A stretch of 64,000 bases of DNA from Nemertoderma westbladi. Taxonomy: Eukaryota; Animalia; Xenacoelomorpha. How positions within the stretch are numbered: the first letter of the stretch is position 1; each line of letters begins with the position of its first letter. The translations under genes and the position numbers were made by a program. A model generated the notes under the pieces. The model ran no database searches. It was not told the origin of the DNA and saw only the letters and a program-made list of their open reading frames with translations. The stretch covers positions 35,228-99,227 of the forward strand of contig JAUCBJ010005809.1 in assembly GCA_032718475.1 (NCBI GenBank), written 5' to 3'. Shown here one piece after another: positions 40,874 through 52,470 of this stretch.

Positions 40874-41192
40874 ATATAATAATTAGTTACACGGTTTACG
40901 TGTTTATTCGCTCCCTACACTGTCATATAGATATAATAATTAGTTACACGGTTTACGTGTTTATTCGCTCCCTACACTGTCATATAGATATAATAATTAG
41001 TTACACGGTTTACGTGTTTATTCGCTCCCTACACTGTCATATAGATTATTTTATTCGCTCCCTACACTGTCATATAGATTATTTTATTCGCTCCCTACAC
41101 TGTCATATAGATTATTTTATTGGCTCCCTACACTGTCATATAGATTATTTTATTCGCTCCCTACACTGTCATATAGATTATTTTATTGGCTC
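40874..41192. repeat. Tandem repeat switching from a 57-bp to a 33-bp period
   Basis: Shared core TTTATTCGCTCCCTACACTGTCATATAGAT; 19-aa then 11-aa periodicity in ORF 40900-41196. Confidence 0.92.
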
Positions 41193-43328
41193 TTGACGGA
41201 GCAGGTGGAGCCTTTGACTATCGATCTCTCCTATCCAGCACTTGACAGCTACAAAGATTGTTGGCGAGCAACTCGGTAACATGCGATATTATATTATTTC
41301 CCCGGAAACCTCAAGGAACGACGGTATATTTATTGATATTGCCTTGTAAGGAACACGCCATGTTCAGCTAAGCGAAGCTTTCTCTCAAATTATTGATCTT
41401 TCTGGTTTCGCTGTGAATTACAATATAATATTGTTCATCGTGTGGCTGGCTGTTGTGTCCGCGTTATATATGTAGAGTATATAGCCTATGTATGTTACGT
41501 ACTCGTAACAGGTACAGGGATTCTACAGCATCTTAGTAATGTTCTTTAAACAACCTATGAGCCCAGACATGCCGACGCTACCATCATGAAAAATATTGAA
41601 CTTTATTCTTCAGCGATATTGTCTTGCACTTTCGAGTAATTTATCACTACTAACGCATGCGATTTAGACATTTAGAATATTGAAAATAAAACACAACAGA
41701 GATAAGTAATATGAATTATTACATGAATTTTACAATGTAAACAATTATTATCTATAATACATTGAATTCGTGTGTAACTTTACTGTCAATGGTCACTTCA
41801 TATTTACCGAAATTTGTACAAAAAAATACAACATATACATATACATACATATACATGTATATTTATTTATATAGTAGTAAAGGCATTGGGAGATAATTCA
41901 TTATAATATAGTGGAAGCCGATAGTGAAGCCCCAAAACACACGTTATCCATATACAACACACCTGCTGCATGTGCAGCTTGCAGAAGGACGGAACTTCGT
42001 GAAACAGGAGAAAGTTTTTTCAACATGGTGTTGGTGTTGGTACTGATGGAAAGCTGGCCATGCAAGGATTCCAAATATGGAAGGTTCATTTAAAAATAGC
42101 TGAGATATGGAAGTTCGAGAGATTAATGGTTTTCCTTCTGCGCGAGGCAACCTTATTATATTTAATAAAAACACCAGATTCTGGTTTATGTATTTATATA
42201 TCTTAACGATATATAAAGAATGTAATTATTTGTTGTAATGTAATATTTTTGTATGAAGATACTCTGTTTATTGTTTATTTATAATATTGCTCGTTTGTCC
42301 TTAACCTGTTCAGACTGCAATAATTCCGTTTCTTGAATATAATATGTATGCTTTTGTACTTTCGCCTTTACTTGTCTCTTTGTAATAATTAATTAGTTTG
42401 TTTGTCTTTCATATACCATGAACTCATCATCATTATTCGAATTTATGTCTTGGTATATTGTCTGTTTGTTCTGTTTTTGTTCATTTTGTAAATTCTGTTC
42501 TTGATTCTCGTACCGAACGCTATTTATTTCTGATATCATTCTATTTATCCAAGTACTTCCAACTTCCGGTTTATGTTATATGTTCATTTTGTTAACTGAT
42601 TATGTTCCTGATTCTCGTTTTTATTCTATTCATTCATACTATTCATCTATTTTGTGCTATTATATCTTCATGAGGACTACTGTAGGTTTGTTAATGTTTC
42701 TACTTTGTGTTTCTTGTTTTTTTTTTAGTTTATAAATTCATACATACATATGAATAGCTATATATTTACTGTACTTGTGTTAGCGTAGTGGTATTGATTG
42801 CATTGTTCCCCAGCTCTTATGAGATAAAATATAATGTTCCAGAATTATCTAGTGATAAATAAAAGAATAAAATAGCCTCGCGCAGATGCATTCCATGCAA
42901 CGACCGAAGGGCTATTTTTCAACAAAGTTATAATAGTGTTGCAATGTTGGCATGGCCAGCTTTCTAACAGAACCAACAAATCACTAATTTTAAAGAATAA
43001 CTGCGGTCTAAGTGGTGAAATATCGACGGAGACACTTTTTTCAAAAACATGTAGTTAAAGATTGAGGGAGCGAAAATATAAATTCTAGCTCACCGAGTAA
43101 GGTGGAGAGAGGTCAAGCTATCGCTGTTTCAAATTTTTTACAATCTCATAAAAAATTTATGGGGGGATGTTCCGTGTACGACACTATATTCTGATTATTG
43201 ATAGTAACAATGTGTTGGCAAGCTGTATTTTTCGAGGTGTTTTGTTATTATACATTTTATTATAAGAAGGGATCTAGGGGAAAATGGCAGCTGTCTTTGA
43301 AATTAATACTCCATATCTCAAGAACCTG

Positions 43329-43381
43329 TGGCCTAGTGGTTGTAGTCTCGGCTTCCGCCTCGAGGTCCCAGGTTCGAATCC
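43329..43381 (+). promoter_or_regulatory. tRNA-type internal RNA polymerase III promoter (A and B boxes)
   Basis: A box TGGCCTAGTGG 43329-43339 and B box GGTTCGAATCC 43371-43381 at tRNA spacing. Confidence 0.85.
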
Positions 43382-43384
43382 GAC

Positions 43385-43427
43385 ACCACGCTGATGAGAC
43401 CCAGTAAGGTCGAAACGCGTACGTGGT
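43385..43427 (+). ncRNA. Minimal type I hammerhead ribozyme
   Basis: Stem I ACCACG/CGTGGT, core CTGATGA (43391-43397), stem II GACC-CAGTAA-GGTC, GAAA (43412-43415), palindromic stem III ACGCGT, cleavage triplet GTA ending at 43421. Confidence 0.9.
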
Positions 43428-44638
43428 TTGGAGAGATATGAGATATTAATTTCAAGAAAAATTACGCGATTCCTAAATTTGTACACTACCCGGTTAAAAA
43501 GTACGCATGTGATGGGATTAGTCCTACAATTGCGCCAATAAAAGATAAGTTATTTTCGGTAAAATAAACTTATCATTCGAGGTTAAGACCCCTAGATCCC
43601 TTCTTATAATAAAAAAACTATATTCTGGGAGTTGGAGTATTAGGAATCGCTCTAAGTACGTTGTATTTTGTATTGGGCTGTGCATTAATGTTTGAGGGAA
43701 ATGTTAATTATATGGTATCATTGAGTGTTACGAATGAAATAAAGGAATCTATATTAGGAACATTTCACTATGAATAAATTTATTACAAAATAATTTTATA
43801 ACGTCATTAAAATTTATAATATTTTAATATTATCATTTATGATACGTTTCAGAGCATCGGCGAAGTTTCCAACGGTCAGAATCACTGCGCTGCGCTGCAA
43901 ACAAATTCCACTGGAGAGTGAAAAAGGATTCCTTCAAACGTGGAATACGAAGCAATTAAACACCGATAGGACCCTCATTAACCTACAACATCCCGACACA
44001 TACCCAATCAAACCGGGTTGCTTCACCCAATTAGTCCAAGTTCAAAGATAACATTTAACCGGACTGCGCTGCACCGGATGCGTTCGCAGTCTAATAATCC
44101 AATAAATGCGAACGGCCTGCAACAGCCGGTTATATTTTATTATCTAAAAGTTGCCATCAAGATACGAACCAATGAAAGCGATATCGCCAACCCCATTATC
44201 TCCCCCATATAGACAATCTGAATGAACAACTATATACTACTCTGGAATGAGTTCTGATTGCGGACAATATTTTCATCGCTCTTTCTCACTTCGGATGGAC
44301 ATTGAGTAGATGCGGCACTTTAACCACAAAGCAACAACATATTGGAGGTTCAACACAAACTAGTAATCGATTCAGTGTGTACCCGATGTATTATCCACTC
44401 CATACTAATCCACATTTCCATATTGATCCCTTGCTTGCAATAACCTCACAGTAACACATTTCCATCGCTCACCCTTTCAAGTAATCCTAGTTGATGCTAA
44501 AACAATAAATTGACATACATAACACTTTCAGGAAGCAATAACTGCGCATTTATTAAAAACATTTCATTCAATTTGGGTGTTTAGGTGCCCACTCTCTAAT
44601 ATACGGGTATCATCACACATGATTATTGGCTTTATATT

Positions 44639-45995
44639 ATGGAAACAATTATTTTTAAGTACATTTTATGTGTCATTGTTTATGTAATGTTCTGGGCTCC
44701 GAGTAATGCTAACGCCATTGACGATATTGAACCCACCACTGAGAAGAAAGCCTTTATTTCAGCAGACGGAGATATAACATTGGGAGGAGTATTCCCTATA
44801 CACGAATATAGTGGAGCGTCAACTAGTGGAGGAAACGGTTGTGTAGATAACTTCAATGAGGGTAGGGGAATACAGCGCTTACAGGCAATGTTGTTTGCTT
44901 TGAAAGAAATTAACAAAAATGATGACATCCTTGAAGGTGTTCACTTAGGATATCATATCATTGATTCCTGTGGGAGAGAAACCTATGCTTTGGAACAAGC
45001 GCTAGACTTTGTCCGATGGAGTATGAACCAGCACTCCTCCAATACAGAGTACAGCTGCTCCGGAGGTGCCCAACTCATAGAAAGGAACCAACCAAAACCG
45101 ATTGTGGCCGTCATTGGCGGCGCTTACACATCCGTCTCGGTTCAAATCGCCAATCTCCTCCGAATGTTCAAGATTACTCAAGTAAGCTACGCCTCTACCG
45201 GATCACAACTCAGCGAGAAACCGCGGTTCGAATATTTTGCGAGAACTGTCTCTCCGGACCAGTACCAAGCTGAGGTCTTGGTGGAAATAGCTAGAAGGTT
45301 CAACTGGACCTATGTGTCAACTATCGCATCAAAAGGCGACTATGGTGAGAAGGGTATTAAACAGTTTGAATTGAAAGCTCGTCTCTATAATATATGTATC
45401 GCACATTCAGAACCATTGATTGATACAAACACAATGGCAACCTATAGGGCTGCCCTCCTTCAATTGGATAAGAAGAAGAATGCGCGAGCTGTAATGATGT
45501 TCTTACGTATGGAAGATGCTCGAGGCATCTTACAGGCAACAAAGGATCTCAATCTAGAAGGCAGATTTATCTATATAGCTGCTGATGGATGGGGTAAAAC
45601 AAAACAGGTTGTCAATGATCTTAATTACATCGCTGAAGGTTCGCTAACAATCGAGTTCCCATCGGCACCGATAGCTGATTTCGATAATTACTACACGAAC
45701 CTGAGGCCGCCACAAAATCGATTCTTTGATGAATTCTGGGAGAAAAAATTCAATTGCTCCTTGCAGGTGTCTGCCATCCGTAGGCTGTGCACCGGAAATG
45801 AAACTCTGAAAGATAACTACAAGGCAGACTCGAAGATACAAATGACTATATCAGCGGTACAGAGTGTTGCGAAGGCCCTGAATAATATGAGAAACGAAAA
45901 GTGCCCGGGGGATACTGGCAAATTGTGTAAGGCATTGTCGCAAATTCGAGGTGAAGAATTCTACAGGCCATACTTACTAAAAGTAGAATTTAATG
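44639..45995 (+). CDS. mGluR: Metabotropic glutamate receptor (class C GPCR, group II-like), coding exon 1: signal peptide and Venus flytrap domain
   Basis: GDITLGGVFPIH, GIQRLQAMLFA, QVSYAST, YFARTVSPD, WTYVS, GDYGE, ADGWG; donor G|GTGAGT after 45995 (phase 1). Confidence 0.95.
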
Positions 45996-46121
45996 GTGAG
46001 TTTATCTATACCAATTATAAGTAAATCATATAATGAGTACGTTTACATTTTAATATTAAGTAGTAGTGTTAGTATTCAAATAGTTTACAGATGAATATTG
46101 AGAATGTTTTCTATTTCTCAG

Positions 46122-46222
46122 ATTCCCACGGCCATAAAGTAAAGTTCGATGAGAATGGAGATTATTTATCAGGTTACGAGATATTTAATTACAAAAAAGA
46201 TCCTACTGATGGCGTATACAAG
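46122..46222 (+). CDS. mGluR: mGluR coding exon 2
   Basis: TTTCTCAG acceptor and GTGAGT donor; reads DSHGHKVKFDENGDYLSGYEIFNYKKDPTDGVYK in frame with exon 1. Confidence 0.92.
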
Positions 46223-46545
46223 GTGAGTTGTAATTAGAATAATTAAATTATTTGTTCATTAGGTGAAATCTGTATTACATGTTATGTTAAATATTACCTA
46301 TATGCTAATTAATCATTTATTTAAAAATCATTGCGGGTAGGTATGCATTATGCAAGGACCAAATTATGAAAATAAATTAAATAATTTATAATTTAATAAT
46401 TTATAATTTAATAATATTTATAATTTATAATTAATTGATCAATGTTCCTTCAATTCAACTCTATGTGCATTTATCAAAATCTTGAATTATTTATTTTATT
46501 ACTTTTATTAATAATTATCATTCTAACTTAATCCCTATATTTCAG

Positions 46546-46713
46546 TATATCAATGTTGGTAATTGGAGGGACCGTAGATTGGAAATGGATCCATCCAACA
46601 TAACATTCCATCCTCGAGTGTTCCACACCGATTGGGTTCACCATCCACGAACAGGGAGTTCGGAAGTCCCAATGTCTGTCTGCAGTACCCCCTGTAATCC
46701 AGGTCAAGCCAAG
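46546..46713 (+). CDS. mGluR: mGluR coding exon 3
   Basis: TTTCAG acceptor and GTAAAC donor; YINVGNW...VPMSVCSTPCNPGQAK (start of the cysteine-rich domain). Confidence 0.92.
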
Positions 46714-46754
46714 GTAAACAAATCGAATGGTTTATTGTATTTATTAGTTTTGGC

Positions 46755-47849
46755 ACTACTACTACTACGATCGGCATACAGCATTGCAGCTGCATTATAT
46801 ATTTATATATTAAGAATGTTGTGCTGGCTTGTCGACAAAATTGCACCGCCACAACTCCCTATCACCAATGACATTTGCTAGATCATCCGCATCTTCAAGG
46901 CCAGTGTCCTTTAAGATGCGTCTCAAGAAAGTCATGGGCTGTCCACCATGCTTACTCACTCCATGAGGCTGCCAAAGCACAAGATTATGCACTGGCTGGT
47001 CCTCACGGCGAAAGCAATGTCCTGCAAAGCGGAGACGACTTTGTTCTAGTGCCAAGCTTGGGGGAACCAATGAGAAACCTCCAATGTTATATAGTGTCTG
47101 GTTGGAGAAGTGTGCATTGTACTTGACACAATGAACCCGGCGTAGCATTCTTGAGAATGTGCCATCTAAAGATTTGGTGTCCTCAGTAGTTAGGGCCCAG
47201 CATGGACTCCCATAGAGGAGTACTGGAACTACTGCTGCTCTAAATAATCGGACCTTAATTTTCCGATTAATTCTCTGTGACTTCCAAATCCTGGAAAGCC
47301 TATTCAACGCTGCCCATGCCTTTACCTTACGTATTCGAAGGTCCACCTGACTTCCGGATCTATGATCTCAGGTAACAGAAGTCGTCCACATGCTCTAGCA
47401 TACCATCCTTTGAGCTTATGCTCATCCGGTCAGAGACTTGCTGAAGACTTTCAAAGTTAACTGTCAAAATTTTGGTCTTTTTAGAGTTAATAAAAAGACC
47501 AACACTAGAAGCAGCCTGTTCTAATGAGCTGAGGAGCCGTTGGGCTCCCTCTAGTGATTCTGAGAGTACTCCTAAGTCATCAGCAAAGTCTAGATCAGTT
47601 AGGTACTTGGCAGGATTTCCTCGACTTCTGGAGCCAGTAGTTGGAGTTACCATCTCCCCATCATCATTATGATCATCTAAGGACATGCGTAGAACATAGT
47701 CAACCACAATTATGAACAAGAATGGCGCAAGTGCGTCTCCTTGGAGGACTCCCCATAATACTTCAAATGGTTCTGTGTCACCATCAACAGTAGACACAAA
47801 TGTTGTCGAACCATCGTATACTGATCTGATTGCTGCAATCAGATCAGTA
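46755..47849 (-). mobile_element. 5'-truncated RTE-clade LINE (copy 1) in an mGluR intron, antisense
   Basis: GVLQGDALAPFLF, LTDLDFADD, FCYL, LLYGSPCW, RLRFAGH. Has a premature stop and a 2-bp deletion near 47345-47362 relative to copy 2. Confidence 0.95.
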
Positions 47850-47850
47850 G

Positions 47851-48551
47851 GGCGACCCAATATGTTAGAAATATTAAATCTCTAAAATAAATATTAAATG
47901 CCGATAGTATTGATACTAAAATATTGATTTATCACGTCAATACCTCATCAAAATTATTTAGCTAATTATTATATTAAGAATCACCATTAGAATACTCAGG
48001 CAATCATACCCAGGCGAGATAAATAATAAGCAAGCTGGCTTAATTAGTCTGGCACCTTCCACTAGTTCGTCTGTCCTATGCTATAGATGTAATTACCCAT
48101 TGCCAAGTAGTGCTGAGGTGGTTGGACTGGTTCCCAGCGCCAGCAGCTAGGCTAGGCAATAGCAAGCATGACAAGAAATGAAAGAGATGGAAGTATAGAG
48201 AGACGAGATGCATTTTGATAACTTAATTACGTTTAGATCAATTAAAAACACATTTCTTAAAGCAAATCACTTGAACTAATTAAAAACTATAATGGAATGG
48301 GATATGGGAATTACAGCTGTATAATTTTTAAGTATAATTATTTATATCTTATACTATAAAATAATTAATTCCCATTAAAATTCACGTTGAAAATGCTGTT
48401 CTTTACCCTAACCAACATAAATTAATTAATCACAAATTAATTAACTGAATTTGTCTTACCTTCTCGAAGGCCACACGAAAATTAAACTTTGAAAATTTTA
48501 AACTTTTTCCAAACAACATGTGTACCAATTTGGATAGATTTCATTAACGTT
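47851..48551 (+). repeat. Interspersed repeat, copy 2 (copy 1 at 10890-11455)
   Basis: High sequence similarity to 10890-11455 with extra internal segments. Confidence 0.9.
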
Positions 48552-50212
48552 TAAAATTGGACACAACAGAACAACAGAACAAGAGAACAACAGAACAACA
48601 ATGCTATTACACTATTATGCATTAAATTTACAAATTTAGAAATTAATATAGAGAATTTAAATATCAAATTTCGCAGGTCAATTCAAACCCTACAATGTTA
48701 TATACAGTAGTACACAACAATGCTACAGTACGTCGGTGCCACTTTTCAAGTACAATACACACAATTCCAACTAGACACAATTTAATAGTAGAGATGTCCC
48801 ACTGGTTCTCCTTTTTTGAGACGCCTCATAAATGACTCTGGCCTTGAAGATGTGAATAATCTCGCGAAAGTCATGGGATAGGAAGTTAATAGCGGCATAA
48901 TTTTTTCGGTAACATGGCACGCTGCAATACAACATGCTGTTTGTGGATTGCATGGTGGCAGCCCTAATATATTGTTAAGCCAGGATAGCAAACTGAATGT
49001 GCTGTTGCAATGCAGCAGGCTGGTTATATTATAGTTGTAGGAATAAAGTTTATCGTTACTAAAAATATTAAATTAATAAAACATATGGTATTAAGAAATT
49101 TCCTAGCATTTTTTAATTATTTGCAGAAAATATTTGTGTTGTGTATTATTTGTATTTGTGTTCGGTGAACGTGTGAAACACCGGCGGCAACCCGAAGACT
49201 CCTATTACTTTGCTGTTACCTATAAGTTAGGGATGATGGCGCCGCACTTAATCACAAGGTTGAAAACTCCATAATTATCAACCATTCATTTATTTTTTTA
49301 TCCATTGTTACCGCTGGGTTTGTACTGTATGAGTGAGCTTTGGGACAAAACATTTCTAAGCGAAACTTATATAGTGCGAAAAGCAAAGAGGACAAACATG
49401 TAATAGAAAATAACCTACTGTATACATAAGGAAAACATCATTAAATAATTCCAACCCAACATAGTTTCGATTCAGATAATACTATTATATAAAAGCCTAC
49501 GTAACATTGCAACTCAGTAAATTTCGTAATGTTAAATTCCCTCGCTTTTCTTCCTACCTATTAGGCCTACTTACTATCCCGCACTATCCTGATACCTTAG
49601 AGAAATCATTGCGTAATTAATTGCATTAGGAAGAGCAGTTAAAATCACATAAAGAGAAAGGTAATCTACAATTATTGGTAATTCCGAATATCTCGAATGG
49701 ATTAAGGGAAACTGTGCAGTTTTCGGATACCGTTACTGCGCATTTCATTCATTCAAATCTCTTCGATGCAATACTTGTTTTATACAAACTACAGTTGGCC
49801 AAAGTAAATACTGAATATGTATGCAACACAAAGAAAGAAGAAAAGCCGCAAGAAATTGTTTTCGAATACAATTGAAAAAATGCCAGTACCGCCGGCAATA
49901 TTGTATTATATTAAAGTAATCATTCAACAGCAAAGGTGTTCTAGAACTAAGTTAGTTGAACGCTAGTTCTAGAACGCCTTGAGCATCGGAAACCCATACA
50001 TCCTGACACATAAATTTGTTGTATTAATTTTTTTTAGATAATTATAATAAAATCTTAACTTTTTTCTTCTTTGACTGGTTTAAAACTGGGATGAGAACTA
50101 TCTATTTTTCATAGTTAAAAAATATTATTTCATACATTTCACACCTATCAGCAATAAACTTTAATATTAAGTTACTTGTAATAATCTTGCTAAGTTGTCT
50201 GGATATTTACAG

Positions 50213-50337
50213 ATGCAGAACGAAGGTTCACCCTGCTGCTGGTTCTGTCAAACCTGCGCCGATAACGAGAGACTAAGTAACAACGGCAGCTCGTGTACAC
50301 CGTGTCAAAGCGAATACTGGCCGACAGACGATAAAAC
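50213..50337 (+). CDS. mGluR: mGluR coding exon 4 (cysteine-rich domain)
   Basis: TTTACAG acceptor and GTAAGA donor; MQNEGSPCCWFCQTCADNERLSNNGSSCTPCQSEYWPTDDK (phase 2 end). Confidence 0.93.
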
Positions 50338-50992
50338 GTAAGATATCGATCATAGTAAACATTTGACAATTAAAAATAATAAATTACTTTCATTATCGTT
50401 AGCTGCCGTATACAGACAGAGCTGCTGCTGAATATCACGAGTAGGCGTACCGATATCAACTAATAAATAAGTAATTTAATGAATATTTAAATAAATATAA
50501 TTAGGCCTATTTAATAACTACTTGATGATGTTGCAAAACACTGTAAAACAGATAGTCGCATACTGAGAAAATATATGTTGATACTGAATTTGACCCAAAC
50601 GATACGCCATACTTATAATTTCCCTTCGGTATTTATGAGTTTCGGTATTTAATTATCCGTACCGTCCTTCCTTCAGTAAGACGCATCTAATGGATTTTGT
50701 TTTTGTTTAATTTAAATAATTCTTATATTTCATTTATTTTTATTAATATTTTATATAATTAATATATTGAACCCTTATTTATGAGTTACTACTGTATAGG
50801 CCGCCCTATATTTCATTAATAAATAGTATTATAATGCAACATATTGGCAGATGATTTTAAGAGAACATAACCTACAGTACTAAAGTAACAGTGATAGATA
50901 ACTGTAAATCTAACGGTTACTGTCAGACTTTAGAGGATATCATGGCAAACACTATAAAATAAAAATTAAATTAATTAATGTTTCCCTTTTAG

Positions 50993-51710
50993 GTCGTGTT
51001 ATCAGTTGACAAAAGAATTCCTAGAATGGGGGGAAATCTACAGCGTCATCCCCGTGGCTGTCGCCGTGTCTGGAATAATCTGCACCATTCTAACGATCGT
51101 CGTGTTTATCTACTACAACGAAACTCCGTTAGTGAAAGCTTCCGGGCGGGAACTTTGTTTCATACTGCTCACGGGAATCCTCTGCTGTTACGCGTTGACG
51201 TTCGCCCTGGTAGCTCCGCCGTCCGTTGTTGTGTGCGGCTTCCAGCGGTTCGGTCTCGGAACTTCGTTCGCTCTCGTCTATTCCGCGCTCTTCACTAAAA
51301 CCAACAGAATCGATCGTATATTCCACAGCGCACGAATGACTGCTTGCAGACCCAAATACATTTCGCCTTTATCCCAAGTAGCGATTAGTCTAAGTATCGT
51401 TGGGGTTCAGGTGGCCGCTATTGTACTGTGGATGATAATAGACCCCCCGGGGACTCGGGCCTTCATACCCGACCCCACACAGAAACTTGTCATACTTAAG
51501 TGTAAAATAGAAGACACCACGTTAATGATTTCTCTTATATACGATATGGTACTTATAATTCTATGTACTGTTTACGCTGTTCGGACACGGAACATTCCCG
51601 AAAATTTTAATGAAGCCAAGTTCATCGGGTTTACGATGTACACAACCTGTATTATTTGGTTGTCCTTCGTACCGCTGTATTTCGGAGTTGGTTCCGTGAG
51701 CGACGTAAAG
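50993..51710 (+). CDS. mGluR: mGluR coding exon 5 (TM1-TM6); the gene continues beyond, TM7 exon not found in window
   Basis: CTTTTAG acceptor and AG|GTAAGT donor; TPLVKASGRELC, YSALFTKTNRI, PENFNEAKFIGFTMYTTCIIWLSFVPLYF. Confidence 0.95.
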
Positions 51711-51999
51711 GTAAGTCACAAATTGAAAGTATATTATTTAATAATAAATGAATTGTTGAGGGTGGAGAAATGGTGAATTAAATATATAATGCAATAGAAC
51801 AAACAGTATGATACCAAGCTCTGCTGCTCTCCATAGGAAATATATACAGACCCTATTGGGGCTCGAACCTGGTATCTATGTTTCAAACTTACGTTTATCA
51901 TGACAACTAATCTACCTGGACGGATGAAGATGTACTCGCTATGGAATGGACTCTTATCATAATTTAGGCCTTTTTATATATTTATTATTAAGTTTTATC

Positions 52000-52470
52000 C
52001 CGGAGAAGTAAAATCCATATAAATAAGTAAGAACACAAACATTAAAATAATTAATTTATAACATCCTTTAATTACTTGACATTTATTATGGACTCGTAAC
52101 AATAAAATGTCGGTAGTTGACAATAGCTTAACCAGACTTTCCAGCGATGATTGTCGAATAATATGTACAAATATAGGCAAATTAAGCTGGCTCATCGTTA
52201 GTCAGTCTAGTTTTTGATAAATAATATCGTGCCGCATTGTTGTACGCTACTTTTAACTTGTTAATTGCACGTAATGAATAATTACGACGTGCCCAAAGGG
52301 CGTTACAGTAAAGGGGCGTACAATAAGTTATAAATAGATACAATCGCCGAGCAATTTGCAAATTTTCATAATAACAAATTAGTTCTCGCTTATAAAGCAC
52401 ATGCCTGCGCATTTACAATCTATCAATGTAGGTTACTGTAACAGAAATAGGTTTACCATCATTGTAATTG
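52000..52470 (-). mobile_element. Degraded LINE 3' part, same type as 2700-3485
   Basis: LFITYCTPLYCNALW...KLKVAYNNAAR motif. Confidence 0.65.

Larger units (their letters stand above)
43194..43616 (+). mobile_element. Small non-autonomous element carrying a Pol III (tRNA-type) promoter and a hammerhead ribozyme (retrozyme/SINE-like)
   Basis: 11-bp direct repeats ACTATATTCTG at 43183-43193 and 43617-43627; perfect 26-bp inverted repeat 43255-43280/43589-43614; internal A box, B box and hammerhead. Confidence 0.8.

Noticed and set aside
43322-43392. Functional tRNA gene (TCC anticodon-like loop)
   Set aside because: A and B boxes are present but I cannot form a proper acceptor stem. The 3' side runs into the hammerhead, so it is treated as a tRNA-derived promoter.
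45996-46024. Secreted Venus-flytrap-only protein ending at the ORF stop (461 aa)
   Set aside because: A strong GTGAGT donor at 45996 splices in frame to downstream mGluR exons.
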